Shown: piece by piece, positions 19,301 to 28,279 of the stretch
Layout of the letters: the number at the start of each line of letters is the position of its first letter
Position numbering within the stretch: position 1 is the first letter of the stretch
Source of the DNA: Acidocella sp.
Lineage (GTDB): Bacteria > Pseudomonadota > Alphaproteobacteria > Acetobacterales > Acetobacteraceae
Assembly: GCA_035427885.1 (NCBI GenBank)
Contig: DAOMCN010000002.1
Location: 1 to 47,237, forward strand
Length of the DNA stretch: 47,237 nucleotides
Direction: 5' to 3'
Notes under the pieces: generated by a model
Told to the model about the DNA's origin: nothing
The model's input: only the letters and a program-made list of their open reading frames with translations
The model's database searches: none
Made by a program: the position numbers and the translations under genes

Positions 19301-21306
19301 ACGCTCTTAGTTCCACCTCCTGGCTCGGCCGGATACTCGCTTTCTTCGCCCTGCCTTCGGAAGACCCGGAGCTGGCGCGCTCGCAGTTCTCTGCCCTCTC
19401 GCGTCAGATTCCGCTGCTATACGTGATTTTGATCATCGACGCCTCCTTGCTCGCGGCGACCCATTTCCATAGCGCCCCCCATCTCCTGACGCTCTCAGTG
19501 CCAACGTTGCTGCTGGTTGCCACCTCCGCCCGGCTGATCGCGTGGATTCGCGTGGGCTCAAGGCAGCTCTCGGACGCACAAGTGCTGGCCCAGCTCCGGT
19601 TGACCGTTCTTCTGGCGGGTTTGATGGGAATAGCATTCACCATCTGGTCTTTCAGCCTGTTCCATTACGGCGATAAGATGCAACAAGGCGGTGTCGCCTT
19701 CTACATGGGGATCACCGTTGTCTGTTGTGTGTTCTGCCTGATGCACCTACGCGCCGCGGCGCTACTGGTGACGATGGTCGTGGTGATCCCGTTCACGATC
19801 TTCTTCGCAGGCACGGGCGAGCCGGTGTTGGTCGCCATGGCGATCAACATGCTCCTGGTCAGCGTCGGCATGATCGTGGTGATGCTGCGCAACCACGAGG
19901 ATTTCACGGCGCTTATTACCTCGCGCCGGGAGTTGATGCATCGCCAGCAGGAAACCCAGCTTTTGAGCGATGAAAACCTGCGCCTAGCCAATCTCGACCC
20001 GCTCTCCAGCCTGCCCAACCGGCGCCGCTTCTTCGCCGAACTCCAGGAAAGCATAGCCAATGCCGAGCGCCATGGCCAACGCCTGGCCGTGGGATTGCTT
20101 GACCTGGATCGCTTCAAGGGCGTGAACGACCTGCATGGCCACGCCGCCGGAGACCGGCTGCTGACACAGGTAGGGTTGCGGCTGAAACGGTTGGTGAACG
20201 ATAACATATTCATCGCCAGACTTGGCGGCGATGAATTTGGCGTCATCCTGACCAATGTGCCAACAGATGAAGAGATCTTCGCGTTCGGAGCCAAGGTGAA
20301 AGCCCTGCTGGAAGCCCCATGCGTGGTAGGCGACCGGCTCGCCTCCGTTGGCGGTTCAGTCGGCGTGGCGATTTACCCGGAGGCGGGATATCTGGCCGAG
20401 GAACTCTTCGAACGCGCGGATTACGCGCTCTACCACGGCAAGCAGAACGCGCGCGGCGGACTGGTGATCTTCTCCAACGAGCACGAGACAGTCATCCGCC
20501 ATTCCGGACGGGTTGAGCAGGCCTTCCGCCTGGCGGACCTGGAGGCGGAGCTATGGGTCGCGTTCCAGCCGATTGTCGATATCGTCGAGCACCGGATCAT
20601 CGCCTTCGAGGCGTTAGCGCGCTGGAACAGCCACGAGCTAGGGCCGATCGGGCCGGATGTGTTCATCCCGATTGCCGAGCGCGTCCAAATGATGAGCCTG
20701 ACCACCGAGGTCCTGCTGGGCAAGACGCTCGCCGCCGTGCGCCACTGGCCTGAAGGGGTCAGCGTCTGCTTCAACCTTTCGGCCCAAGACCTGATCGCCG
20801 ACGAGACGATGCGCAAAATCCGCCGCGCCATCCTCAACAGCGGCGTGCCGCCCGCCCGCATCGAATTCGAGGTGACCGAAACCGCCCTGTTGCAGGATTT
20901 CGAACTGGCCGAACGGGCGATTGATTCGCTGCACGCCATGGGCGTGCGCATCTCCCTGGACGATTTCGGGACCGGCTTCTCCAGCCTCAGCTATGTCCAC
21001 AAACTGCCGCTGGACAAAATCAAGATCGACCGGAGCTTCGTCAGCGATGTTGATACCAGCCGCACCTCGCCCAGCATCATCAAAACCATCGTCGCGCTCT
21101 GCGCGAACCTGAAACTCGATTGCGTCGTCGAGGGGGTGGAAACCGAGTCGCAGTTGCGGACCGTCGCGGCGCTGGGCTGCCGCAATATCCAAGGCTACCT
21201 CCTGAGCCGCCCGATACCAGCGGACATGGTGACGCGGCTGATCCATCAATTCGCGGGCAGAATCGCGGTACCCTACCAACTCGACGTGGCCGGGCCATCG
21301 GATTAA
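19297..21306 (+). CDS. Membrane-bound GGDEF-EAL protein
   Basis: ~6 TM; GGDEF without RxxD; EAL motifs FEALARW, EVTE, DDFGTGFSSL, KIDRSF, EGVE, QGY. Confidence 0.93.
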   Translation: MNALSSTSWLGRILAFFALPSEDPELARSQFSALSRQIPLLYVILIIDASLLAATHFHSAPHLLTLSVPTLLLVATSARLIAWIRVGSRQLSDAQVLAQLRLTVLLAGLMGIAFTIWSFSLFHYGDKMQQGGVAFYMGITVVCCVFCLMHLRAAALLVTMVVVIPFTIFFAGTGEPVLVAMAINMLLVSVGMIVVMLRNHEDFTALITSRRELMHRQQETQLLSDENLRLANLDPLSSLPNRRRFFAELQESIANAERHGQRLAVGLLDLDRFKGVNDLHGHAAGDRLLTQVGLRLKRLVNDNIFIARLGGDEFGVILTNVPTDEEIFAFGAKVKALLEAPCVVGDRLASVGGSVGVAIYPEAGYLAEELFERADYALYHGKQNARGGLVIFSNEHETVIRHSGRVEQAFRLADLEAELWVAFQPIVDIVEHRIIAFEALARWNSHELGPIGPDVFIPIAERVQMMSLTTEVLLGKTLAAVRHWPEGVSVCFNLSAQDLIADETMRKIRRAILNSGVPPARIEFEVTETALLQDFELAERAIDSLHAMGVRISLDDFGTGFSSLSYVHKLPLDKIKIDRSFVSDVDTSRTSPSIIKTIVALCANLKLDCVVEGVETESQLRTVAALGCRNIQGYLLSRPIPADMVTRLIHQFAGRIAVPYQLDVAGPSD

Positions 21307-21341
21307 ATGCAGCCCCTGTTTTGGTGTAGCTCCCCCCGGTT

Positions 21342-21355
21342 TTGATGCAGATCAA
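21342..21355 (+). promoter_or_regulatory. Perfect FNR/FixK box upstream of ubiM
   Basis: TTGATGCAGATCAA = TTGAT-N4-ATCAA 10/10; centre ~73 bp before ATG 21422. Confidence 0.8.
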
Positions 21356-21421
21356 TGACATATGCGCGCCCTGCGCCGCCCAGATGGCACGCATCGCAGC
21401 ACGCATACCCAGAGGATATTC

Positions 21422-22624
21422 ATGGCCACTCGCAGCACCTCGCACGACGTCATCATCACCGGCGCAGGACCTGCCGGTCTAAGTCTCGCCGCCTCGCTCG
21501 CAGCACACGGGCTGGACATCGGCCTGATAGAACGCCAACCCGAATCTACCCTGGCCGAGCCCGAGTTCGACGGGCGCGAAATTGCCCTGACCCACCACTC
21601 GATCAAACTCCTGAGCGCCCTTGGCGCATGGCCGCACATCCCCGAGGCGGAAATCTCGCCGCTGGGCGAAGCGCAGGTGCGCAACGGCGCCTCGACGCAC
21701 GCCCTGCGCTTCAACCCGCACAGCATGCAAGCGCCGCTCGGCCAGCTCGTGCCCAACCATCAGATCCGCCGCGCCCTTTTCGCCGCCGTCCGCCCGCTGG
21801 CCAACATCCACCTGCGCGCCGCCACCGCCGCCACCGGCATCGCCACGGATCAGGACAGTGCAACCCTGACCCTGGCCAGCGGCGAACGCCTGAGCGCGCA
21901 ACTCATCGTTGCCGCCGATACCCGCTTCTCTGAAATGCGCCGCCGCATGGGCATCACCGCCCGCATGCGCGACTTCGGTAAAACCATGATGGTTTGCCGC
22001 ATGTCCCACGAACAATCCCACCAGAACATCGCCACCGAATGGTTCGGCTTCGGCCAGACCATCGCCATCCTGCCCCTCAACGGCACGCCCGAAAAACCGC
22101 ATATCAGCTCCCTCGTGCTCACCCTGCCCGCGTGCCACGCGGAAAGACTGATGAACCTGGACCCGGAGGCTTTCTCCGCCGAAATGACCCAGCGCTACGA
22201 ACGTCGCCTGGGCGATATGCGCCTGCTCAGCACGCGCCATGCCTACCCGCTCGTCGGCGTCTACGCCGGGCGCTTCACCGCCAAACGCTTCGCCCTGGTG
22301 GGAGATGCCGCCGTCGGCATGCACCCCGTCACAGCCCACGGCTTCAACTTCGGCCTCTCTGGCCAGAAAACCCTCGCAACCCTAATCGGCAAAGCCACCG
22401 TCGCCGGACAAAACATCGCCAGCCCAACCCTACTCAAAACCTACGAATCCCAACACCGCCGCGCCACGCTCCCCCTCTACCTCGCGACCAATGCCACCGC
22501 CCTCCTCTACACTGACGACCGCCGCCCCGCCCGTATCCTGCGCGACGCCGTCATCCGTACTGGCGAACAAATCCCCCTCCTGCGCCACGCCATCACTGCG
22601 GGGTTAATGGCCGGAGGGCGGTAG
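21422..22624 (+). CDS. ubiM: Ubiquinone biosynthesis flavin hydroxylase, UbiM type
   Basis: GAGPAG, FDGREIALTH, AADTRFS, GDAAVGMHPVTAHGFNFG. Confidence 0.85.
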   Translation: MATRSTSHDVIITGAGPAGLSLAASLAAHGLDIGLIERQPESTLAEPEFDGREIALTHHSIKLLSALGAWPHIPEAEISPLGEAQVRNGASTHALRFNPHSMQAPLGQLVPNHQIRRALFAAVRPLANIHLRAATAATGIATDQDSATLTLASGERLSAQLIVAADTRFSEMRRRMGITARMRDFGKTMMVCRMSHEQSHQNIATEWFGFGQTIAILPLNGTPEKPHISSLVLTLPACHAERLMNLDPEAFSAEMTQRYERRLGDMRLLSTRHAYPLVGVYAGRFTAKRFALVGDAAVGMHPVTAHGFNFGLSGQKTLATLIGKATVAGQNIASPTLLKTYESQHRRATLPLYLATNATALLYTDDRRPARILRDAVIRTGEQIPLLRHAITAGLMAGGR

Positions 22625-22633
22625 AGAGGAGAT

Positions 22634-22658
22634 AAGGCCAGAGGCGCTGCCCCTGAAC
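22634..22658. repeat. REP-like hairpin between convergent genes
   Basis: AAGGCCAGAGGC-GCT-GCCCCTGAAC; 7-bp stem with one mismatch, 3-nt loop. Single copy in window. Confidence 0.45.
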
Positions 22659-22663
22659 TTGTC

Positions 22664-23728
22664 TTACTTTCGATCTGCGCCCCCGCCCATCAACCATCGC
22701 AGTGGGCGCGTAATTCGCCAGGAGGTCGAGGTTTGCAGGATGTTGATTAGGGTAAGGCGTTCGGCGAGCAATTTTTCGGTGGTGGTGAGGGTTGCTTCGT
22801 AGTGTTCGCGCAGGGCGATGAGGGCGGTGTTTTTGTCGTGTTGTGCGGTGGTGGTGAGGTAGCGGGTGATGGGTAGGGCGGCGTTTTGCGCGTCGGCGAG
22901 GGCTTGGGTTGCGTCGTCGCATATTCCGGTGGTGAGACTTCCGGTTTTACGCCAGAGCAGGATGGCATTATGGACGCGCGGGATCCAGGCGTTTTGTGGT
23001 GCCACGAGCGTGGTTTTGTCCGGGTTTTGGTGGTGGCGCAGGGTGGTATCGATGAAGCTGTCGATTTCGGATGCGCGTTCGGCGCTGGGTTCGGGGAGGT
23101 TGAGGGCGAGATCGGCGTTCAGCCGCCGGGTTTCGTTGCGCCAGTCGCGCAGCCAGTCCTCGTAGAGCACGACGCTGCGGGGCAGGGGGCGGCTGTTGTG
23201 TTCGGCGGTGAGTGTATAGGAGAGCCAGAGCATCGCGGCCTGCTCTGCGGCGGTTTCGTTGCGTTCCCCCAGCGAGTGGATGACCTCCTCGGGATTGCGC
23301 ACGACAAGGATAATTTTAGGCGTGATATTCAGCGTACCGAGGATACGCAGCCAGAGCGGCAACAGTCGGCAAAGCCTGGGGTCTTTGGCGGCCCAGAGCT
23401 TCACGCCGCTGAAATCCTGCGCGATGAGCTGCCGGAGTTTTTCCAGGTATGGTCCCAGGGCGGGGGCATCCTCCCAGCCTTCGGGCAGCCCGCGCGGATC
23501 ATCCCATGAGGTGCCGAGCGCCTTAAGAATTTCGTCGTGGAGATCGACCACGGGCTTTTGCTCGAAGAATCCCTTGGGGTTATCGGGCATCGGGGGCAGC
23601 AGACCCTGCCCCAGCCTCACACCGAGTTGGTTGAGGGTGCCGGTCACGGACGATGTGCCGCTGCGGTGCATGCCCAGTACGAGGAGAGCGGTTGCGCCCT
23701 GGTTGTCTTCACCTTGGTCCGGCGGCAT
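22664..23728 (-). CDS. Sulfotransferase-family protein with C-terminal helical tail
   Basis: LGMHRSGTSS loop, NPKGFFE, KDPRLC, RNPEEV..SL..R; ends TSTSWRITRPLRWL. Confidence 0.82.
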   Translation of the reverse strand: MPPDQGEDNQGATALLVLGMHRSGTSSVTGTLNQLGVRLGQGLLPPMPDNPKGFFEQKPVVDLHDEILKALGTSWDDPRGLPEGWEDAPALGPYLEKLRQLIAQDFSGVKLWAAKDPRLCRLLPLWLRILGTLNITPKIILVVRNPEEVIHSLGERNETAAEQAAMLWLSYTLTAEHNSRPLPRSVVLYEDWLRDWRNETRRLNADLALNLPEPSAERASEIDSFIDTTLRHHQNPDKTTLVAPQNAWIPRVHNAILLWRKTGSLTTGICDDATQALADAQNAALPITRYLTTTAQHDKNTALIALREHYEATLTTTEKLLAERLTLINILQTSTSWRITRPLRWLMGGGADRK

Positions 23729-23852
23729 GCGTTGATCCCTGTATTGCCACGCGGCCTACCCGCTGGCCCTGCCTATTTCGAGGATAGCGCATTCACCCGC
23801 GGTGAGAAATCTCCCTGCTTGCGGGCGTGGCAGCGCCGCGGGATATTGCGGC

Positions 23853-24716
23853 ATGCCGACCGCGCCCCCTCAGAACGCCACGCCCAACCAGACGCCCGCC
23901 CCCCAGAAACGCCTGGATTTTTTCGTCATCGGTGCCCAGAAGGCCGGGACGACGGCGCTGGATTTTTTGCTGCGTCAACACGGTACGATCGAGATGGCCA
24001 CCGGCAAGGAGGTCCATTATTTCGACGATGAGAGCCTAGATTGGAAAAACCCACCCCCCCGCCCGTTGCACGCCCGGTTCGACTGGACCCGGCCCGGCCT
24101 GCTGCGCGGGGAGGCTACGCCGGTTTACCTTTACTGGCCCAACGCGCTGGAACGGCTGAACGCCTATAACGCACAGGCAAAACTGATTGTGTGTCTGCGT
24201 CACCCCTCGTTCCGGGCTTTCTCGCATTGGCGGATGGAAACCAAGCGCGTGCGCGAGACATTCTCTTTCGAGCAAGCCATCGGCCCCGCCGGGCGTGCCC
24301 GTGTCGCCGCTGAGCCGGGCGGCGTGCATCGCGTATTTTCTTATGTGGAGCGTGGCTTCTACGCCGCGCAAATTCAGCGGGTTTTGGCGCTGTTCGCGCG
24401 CGAGCACGTGCATTTTCTTCGTACCGACCGTCTCTGGGCGGATCCTGAGACCACTTTGGCGCAAGTACAGCATTTTTTGGGTGTCCCCGCGCGCCCATTG
24501 TGTGGTGAGCAGGCCTATATCGTGCCGCTTGATAGCTCCGACCTTGGCGGCATGCCGCGCGGCGCGCGCGCCGATCTCGACGCGCTATACAGCGACGACA
24601 TAAAAACCACAGCCGCGCTGACCGGGCTGGATCTCGCCGACTGGCTGAGCCCTGCCTACGCCGAGCCGATGGTCGAGAAGGGGATGACCATACTAACGTC
24701 TCCTACGCGGCTCTAG
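23853..24716 (+). CDS. Sulfotransferase domain protein
   Basis: IGAQKAGTTAL 5'-PSB, KEVHYFD, GEATPVY, LRHPSFRAFSHW 3'-PB, YVERGFY. Confidence 0.88.
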   Translation: MPTAPPQNATPNQTPAPQKRLDFFVIGAQKAGTTALDFLLRQHGTIEMATGKEVHYFDDESLDWKNPPPRPLHARFDWTRPGLLRGEATPVYLYWPNALERLNAYNAQAKLIVCLRHPSFRAFSHWRMETKRVRETFSFEQAIGPAGRARVAAEPGGVHRVFSYVERGFYAAQIQRVLALFAREHVHFLRTDRLWADPETTLAQVQHFLGVPARPLCGEQAYIVPLDSSDLGGMPRGARADLDALYSDDIKTTAALTGLDLADWLSPAYAEPMVEKGMTILTSPTRL

Positions 24717-24753
24717 AGCAATATCCGGTTGAGGTAACAACCTGATATTGCTC
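24714..24753. repeat. TAG-anchored palindromic mini-element
   Basis: TAGAGCAATATC-C-GGTTG-AGGTAA-CAACC-T-GATATTGCTC begins in the sulfotransferase stop codon. Confidence 0.65.
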
Positions 24754-24796
24754 GGCAAAGCATAGCTGGGGCGCTTCCGTGAAATCAAAAAACGTC

Positions 24797-25201
24797 CTAT
24801 CGCGGAACCATCGCCTCCGCCACGGGGCGCAGCGCGCGCTCAATCTTCCCGGCCATTTCGGGATCGACCTCGGCTTCCGCTAGCGCCTCGCACATCGCAT
24901 CCATCCACTGCGTCGAGGTTTTCGCCGTCACCGCCATGCTCCGGTGGCGCGACATCAGACAAAACCCAGGATGCGCTGCCACCCAGTCGCGCGGCCCGCC
25001 GAGCCAGACGGCGAGAAACCCAGCGAGGGACTCGCGCATCTCGCCAAGATCCCCGGCGTGCATGGCGCGCAGCGCGGCATATTTCCGTTCACGCTCCATC
25101 ACGTCGTAAAATGCATCGGCAATCCGGCGCACCCCCTGCGCACCGCCAAGGCGCTTGAACGGGGTTGTTGCCACGGTTTCGGTCTGTGTGTTTTTCGTCA
25201 T
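24797..25201 (-). CDS. Group II truncated hemoglobin
   Basis: FKRLGG...IADAFY, FLAVWLGGP, MSRH (proximal His), QWMDAM. Confidence 0.88.
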   Translation of the reverse strand: MTKNTQTETVATTPFKRLGGAQGVRRIADAFYDVMERERKYAALRAMHAGDLGEMRESLAGFLAVWLGGPRDWVAAHPGFCLMSRHRSMAVTAKTSTQWMDAMCEALAEAEVDPEMAGKIERALRPVAEAMVPR

Positions 25202-25259
25202 TTCCTGCCTGGTGAGATTATTTAACCCATCCTCAAAGCAAAATCCGGTGCCGTTGGCT

Positions 25260-25273
25260 TTGATCTATCTCAT
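25260..25273. promoter_or_regulatory. FNR/FixK-like box upstream of globin
   Basis: TTGATCTATCTCAT, 8/10; centre ~65 bp before globin ATG. Confidence 0.55.
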
Positions 25274-25450
25274 GCCCGCGCCATAAAATTAGCGACAACG
25301 GCCGTGACGGCCGCCTGCTTCAAATACAAAATGTAGCCAATACGACAACTCAATTAAAAGGCTGTATTCTGAAGATGGCGGCAACTTATGTGGCGTTTGT
25401 GCAGCATTTCTGTTACGTCGAACGCCAGCAAATGCGACTGTGAGGAATGC

Positions 25451-25918
25451 ATGACCGTGCAAAACGCCGTATTGGCGGAGGACGACAGGGAATCTACGGA
25501 AATGCCCGCCGAGCCGACCCAGGCGCTACGCTTCAGCAAGGCCCGCGTTGCCCGCTCGACGATGCTGGCGGAAGATTACGTCGAGCTGATCGCCGACCTT
25601 CTCCTCGCCAACGGCGAAGCAAGGGTGACGGAGCTAGCCAAACGTCTCGGCGTCGCCCACTCCACCACGCTGAAAACCATCGAGCGCCTCAAGCGCGACG
25701 GTCTGGTAACAGCGCGCCCCTATCGCGGCCTGTTCCTGACCCCGGAGGGCCACCGTCTCGCCGAGCGCTCCCGCGCTCGCCACCGCCTGATCGTCAGCCT
25801 GCTCCGGGCGCTTGGTGTCCCCGCCGACGCCGCCGAGGCTGACGCCGAAGGCATGGAACACTACGCCTCCGAAACTACCCTCCAGGCCATCGCCCGCTTT
25901 CTGGACGCCGGGAAGTAG
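25451..25918 (+). CDS. mntR: Manganese-binding DtxR/MntR-family regulator
   Basis: EDYVELIADL, EARVTELAKRLGVAH, RPYRGLFLT, DAEGMEH; short form lacking FeoA domain. Confidence 0.9.
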   Translation: MTVQNAVLAEDDRESTEMPAEPTQALRFSKARVARSTMLAEDYVELIADLLLANGEARVTELAKRLGVAHSTTLKTIERLKRDGLVTARPYRGLFLTPEGHRLAERSRARHRLIVSLLRALGVPADAAEADAEGMEHYASETTLQAIARFLDAGK

Positions 25919-25920
25919 GC

Positions 25921-27441
25921 TTACCCCGCCCCCTGCAACGCTGTCCGCCCGGGCATTTTATGCCGATATCCCAGCGCCTCGGCGATATGCCCGCGCTGCA
26001 CCTCCTCGATCCCAGCCAGATCGGCGATACTCCGCCCGACCCGCATCGCCCGTACAAACCCGCGCGCCGAGAGCCGCAGCTTCGTCGCCGCCATTTCCAG
26101 AAACGCCTTCGCCTCACCGGCGAGGACGATCAGATCCCCCAACGCCTCGGCATTGGTGCTGGCCCCGTCCTCCCCGTAGCGGGCGCGCGCAATCGCCCGC
26201 GCCGCGGCCACCCGCGCCGCGACGAAGCTGCTTGCCTCCCCCGGCGGCGCCCAGGAAAGCTCCCTCGGCGTCAGCGGCGAAATCTCAACGACCATATCGA
26301 TCCGGTCGAGCAGCGGCCCGCTCAGCTTGCCCTGATAATCCTCTCCGCAGCGCGGCGCGCGCCCACATTCACGCGCCCCGTCCCCCAGATACCCGCAACG
26401 GCATGGGTTCATCGCGGCAACGAGCTGAAACCGCGCCGGGTACGTAATATGCGCCGCCGCGCGTGAAACCGTGGTCTGCCCGGCCTCCAGCGGCTGGCGC
26501 AGCGCCTCCAGCGTCGGGCGCGGAAATTCCGGCATCTCGTCCATGAACAACACCCCCCGGTGCGCCAGCGAAACCTCGCCCGGCCTGGCCCGGTTGCCGC
26601 CTCCGGTCATCGCGGCCATGCTCGCTGAATGGTGCGGCTCGCGAAACGGCGGGCGCGTAATCAACCGTCCTCCCTCAAGCATCCCAGCGACGGAATGGAC
26701 CATGCTGACCTCCAGCGCCTCGCGTGGGGTGAGATCGGGCAACAGTCCTGGCAGTCGCGCTGCGAGCATGGATTTCCCCCCGCCCGGCGGCCCGATCATC
26801 AATAGATTATGCCCCCCCGCCGCCGCCACTTCGAGCGCCCGCCGTGCCGTCTCCATGCCCCGCACATCGGCCAGATCGAGCATTTTGCTGCCCCCGCCGA
26901 GCAGCCCCGCGGGCGGCAGTGGAATCAGCTGCGTGCCGCGGAAATGGTTGATCAACGTCAACAAATCCGGTGCCGCGAGAACGCTGACCTCCCCCGCCCA
27001 ACTCGCCTCCGCCCCCTGCGCCTGCGGGCAGATCAGCCCCAGCCCGCGCCCGCCAGCGGCAATCGCGGCAGGTAGCACGCCCGCCACCGGATTGATCCTT
27101 CCATCGAGCGAGAGTTCTCCGAGTGCCGCAAACTGCGCCAACTCCTCGCGCGGCAACACATCCATTGCGGCCAGCACGGCAAGCGCCACCGGCAGATCGA
27201 AATGGCTTCCCTCTTTGAGCACATCCGCCGGCGCCAGATTAACCAGCACTCGCTTGGGCGGCAGCGCCAGCCCCATCGCTGTAAGCGCCGCGCGCACCCG
27301 CTCGCGCGCCTCGCCCACGGCCTTGTCTGGCAACCCCACCATGAGGAAATTCGGCAGACCAGACGCAATCTGCACTTGCACCTCGACCGGCTGCGCCTCA
27401 ATTCCGGCAAAGGCAAAACTATTTACCCGCGCAATGCTCAT
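25921..27441 (-). CDS. comM: ComM/YifB Mg-chelatase-like AAA+ ATPase
   Basis: VGLPDKAV.EARERV, NLAPAD..KEGSHFDL, GPPGGGKS, PFREPHHS, GEVSLAHRGVLFMDE, AAMNPCRCG, SGPLLDRID. Confidence 0.95.
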   Translation of the reverse strand: MSIARVNSFAFAGIEAQPVEVQVQIASGLPNFLMVGLPDKAVGEARERVRAALTAMGLALPPKRVLVNLAPADVLKEGSHFDLPVALAVLAAMDVLPREELAQFAALGELSLDGRINPVAGVLPAAIAAGGRGLGLICPQAQGAEASWAGEVSVLAAPDLLTLINHFRGTQLIPLPPAGLLGGGSKMLDLADVRGMETARRALEVAAAGGHNLLMIGPPGGGKSMLAARLPGLLPDLTPREALEVSMVHSVAGMLEGGRLITRPPFREPHHSASMAAMTGGGNRARPGEVSLAHRGVLFMDEMPEFPRPTLEALRQPLEAGQTTVSRAAAHITYPARFQLVAAMNPCRCGYLGDGARECGRAPRCGEDYQGKLSGPLLDRIDMVVEISPLTPRELSWAPPGEASSFVAARVAAARAIARARYGEDGASTNAEALGDLIVLAGEAKAFLEMAATKLRLSARGFVRAMRVGRSIADLAGIEEVQRGHIAEALGYRHKMPGRTALQGAG

Positions 27442-27498
27442 AAACCACCCGTATAAGTTGCAGGCAGATTACGAACGCGCGGGCAAATTGTCTATTCT

Positions 27499-28251
27499 TT
27501 ACTCGCGCTTAACCGAAAACGCCCCGCTCGCCTGGCAGGTTGGCATCAGCTCAATCCGGTTGACGTTGACATGTTTGGGCAGCGCCACGATCCAGGACGC
27601 CGTCTCGGCAATATCCTCGGGCACCATCGAATTGGTCCCCGCATAAACACTCGCTGCCTTCGTGGTGTCCCCGCCAAAGCGCACGGTGCTGAACTCGGAC
27701 CCCTGCACCATCCCCGGCTCGATATCCGTAACCCGGATATTCTTACCTACGAGATCGGCGCGCAGGTTGAGCGAGAACTGGCGCACGAACGCCTTGCTCC
27801 CGCCGTACACATGCCCACCCGGATACGGATACTCGCCCGCGACCGAGCCAAGGTTGAGGATAACCCCCTCGTTGCGCGCGACCATGCCAGGCAGCACCGC
27901 CCGGGTGACATGGACCAAACCGGAGATATTGGTGGCGATCATCGTATCCCAATCGGCGAGCGACGCTTCCCACGCCGGCCCAAGCCCGAGCGCCAGCCCG
28001 GCATTGTTGACCAGCACATCAATCTCGCGCCAGCCCTCTGGCAGCGCGCCCACAAACCCCGCGACCGCCGCCGCATCGGTGACATCGAGCGGCAGCGCCA
28101 ACAGCTTATCGCCCAGCTCCGCCTTCAGCGCCTCGAGCCGCTCAACCCGCCGCCCGGTGGCGATGACCCGGTGCCCATCCTGGACAAAGCGCCGGGCAAA
28201 AGCCGCGCCAAAACCCGCCGTCGCTCCGGTAACCAAAATCGTCTTCATCAT
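27499..28251 (-). CDS. YdfG-like NADP-dependent SDR
   Basis: TGATAGFG, GRRVERL, NNAGLALG, YPGGHVYGGSKAFV.QFSLNLRADL. Confidence 0.9.
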   Translation of the reverse strand: MMKTILVTGATAGFGAAFARRFVQDGHRVIATGRRVERLEALKAELGDKLLALPLDVTDAAAVAGFVGALPEGWREIDVLVNNAGLALGLGPAWEASLADWDTMIATNISGLVHVTRAVLPGMVARNEGVILNLGSVAGEYPYPGGHVYGGSKAFVRQFSLNLRADLVGKNIRVTDIEPGMVQGSEFSTVRFGGDTTKAASVYAGTNSMVPEDIAETASWIVALPKHVNVNRIELMPTCQASGAFSVKRE

Positions 28252-28279
28252 CTTCTCCTCTGTTGCCCGCCCGATATGG

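Noticed and set aside
27442-27498. SOS box upstream of comM
   Set aside because: Only one GAAC; no partner at N7 spacing.
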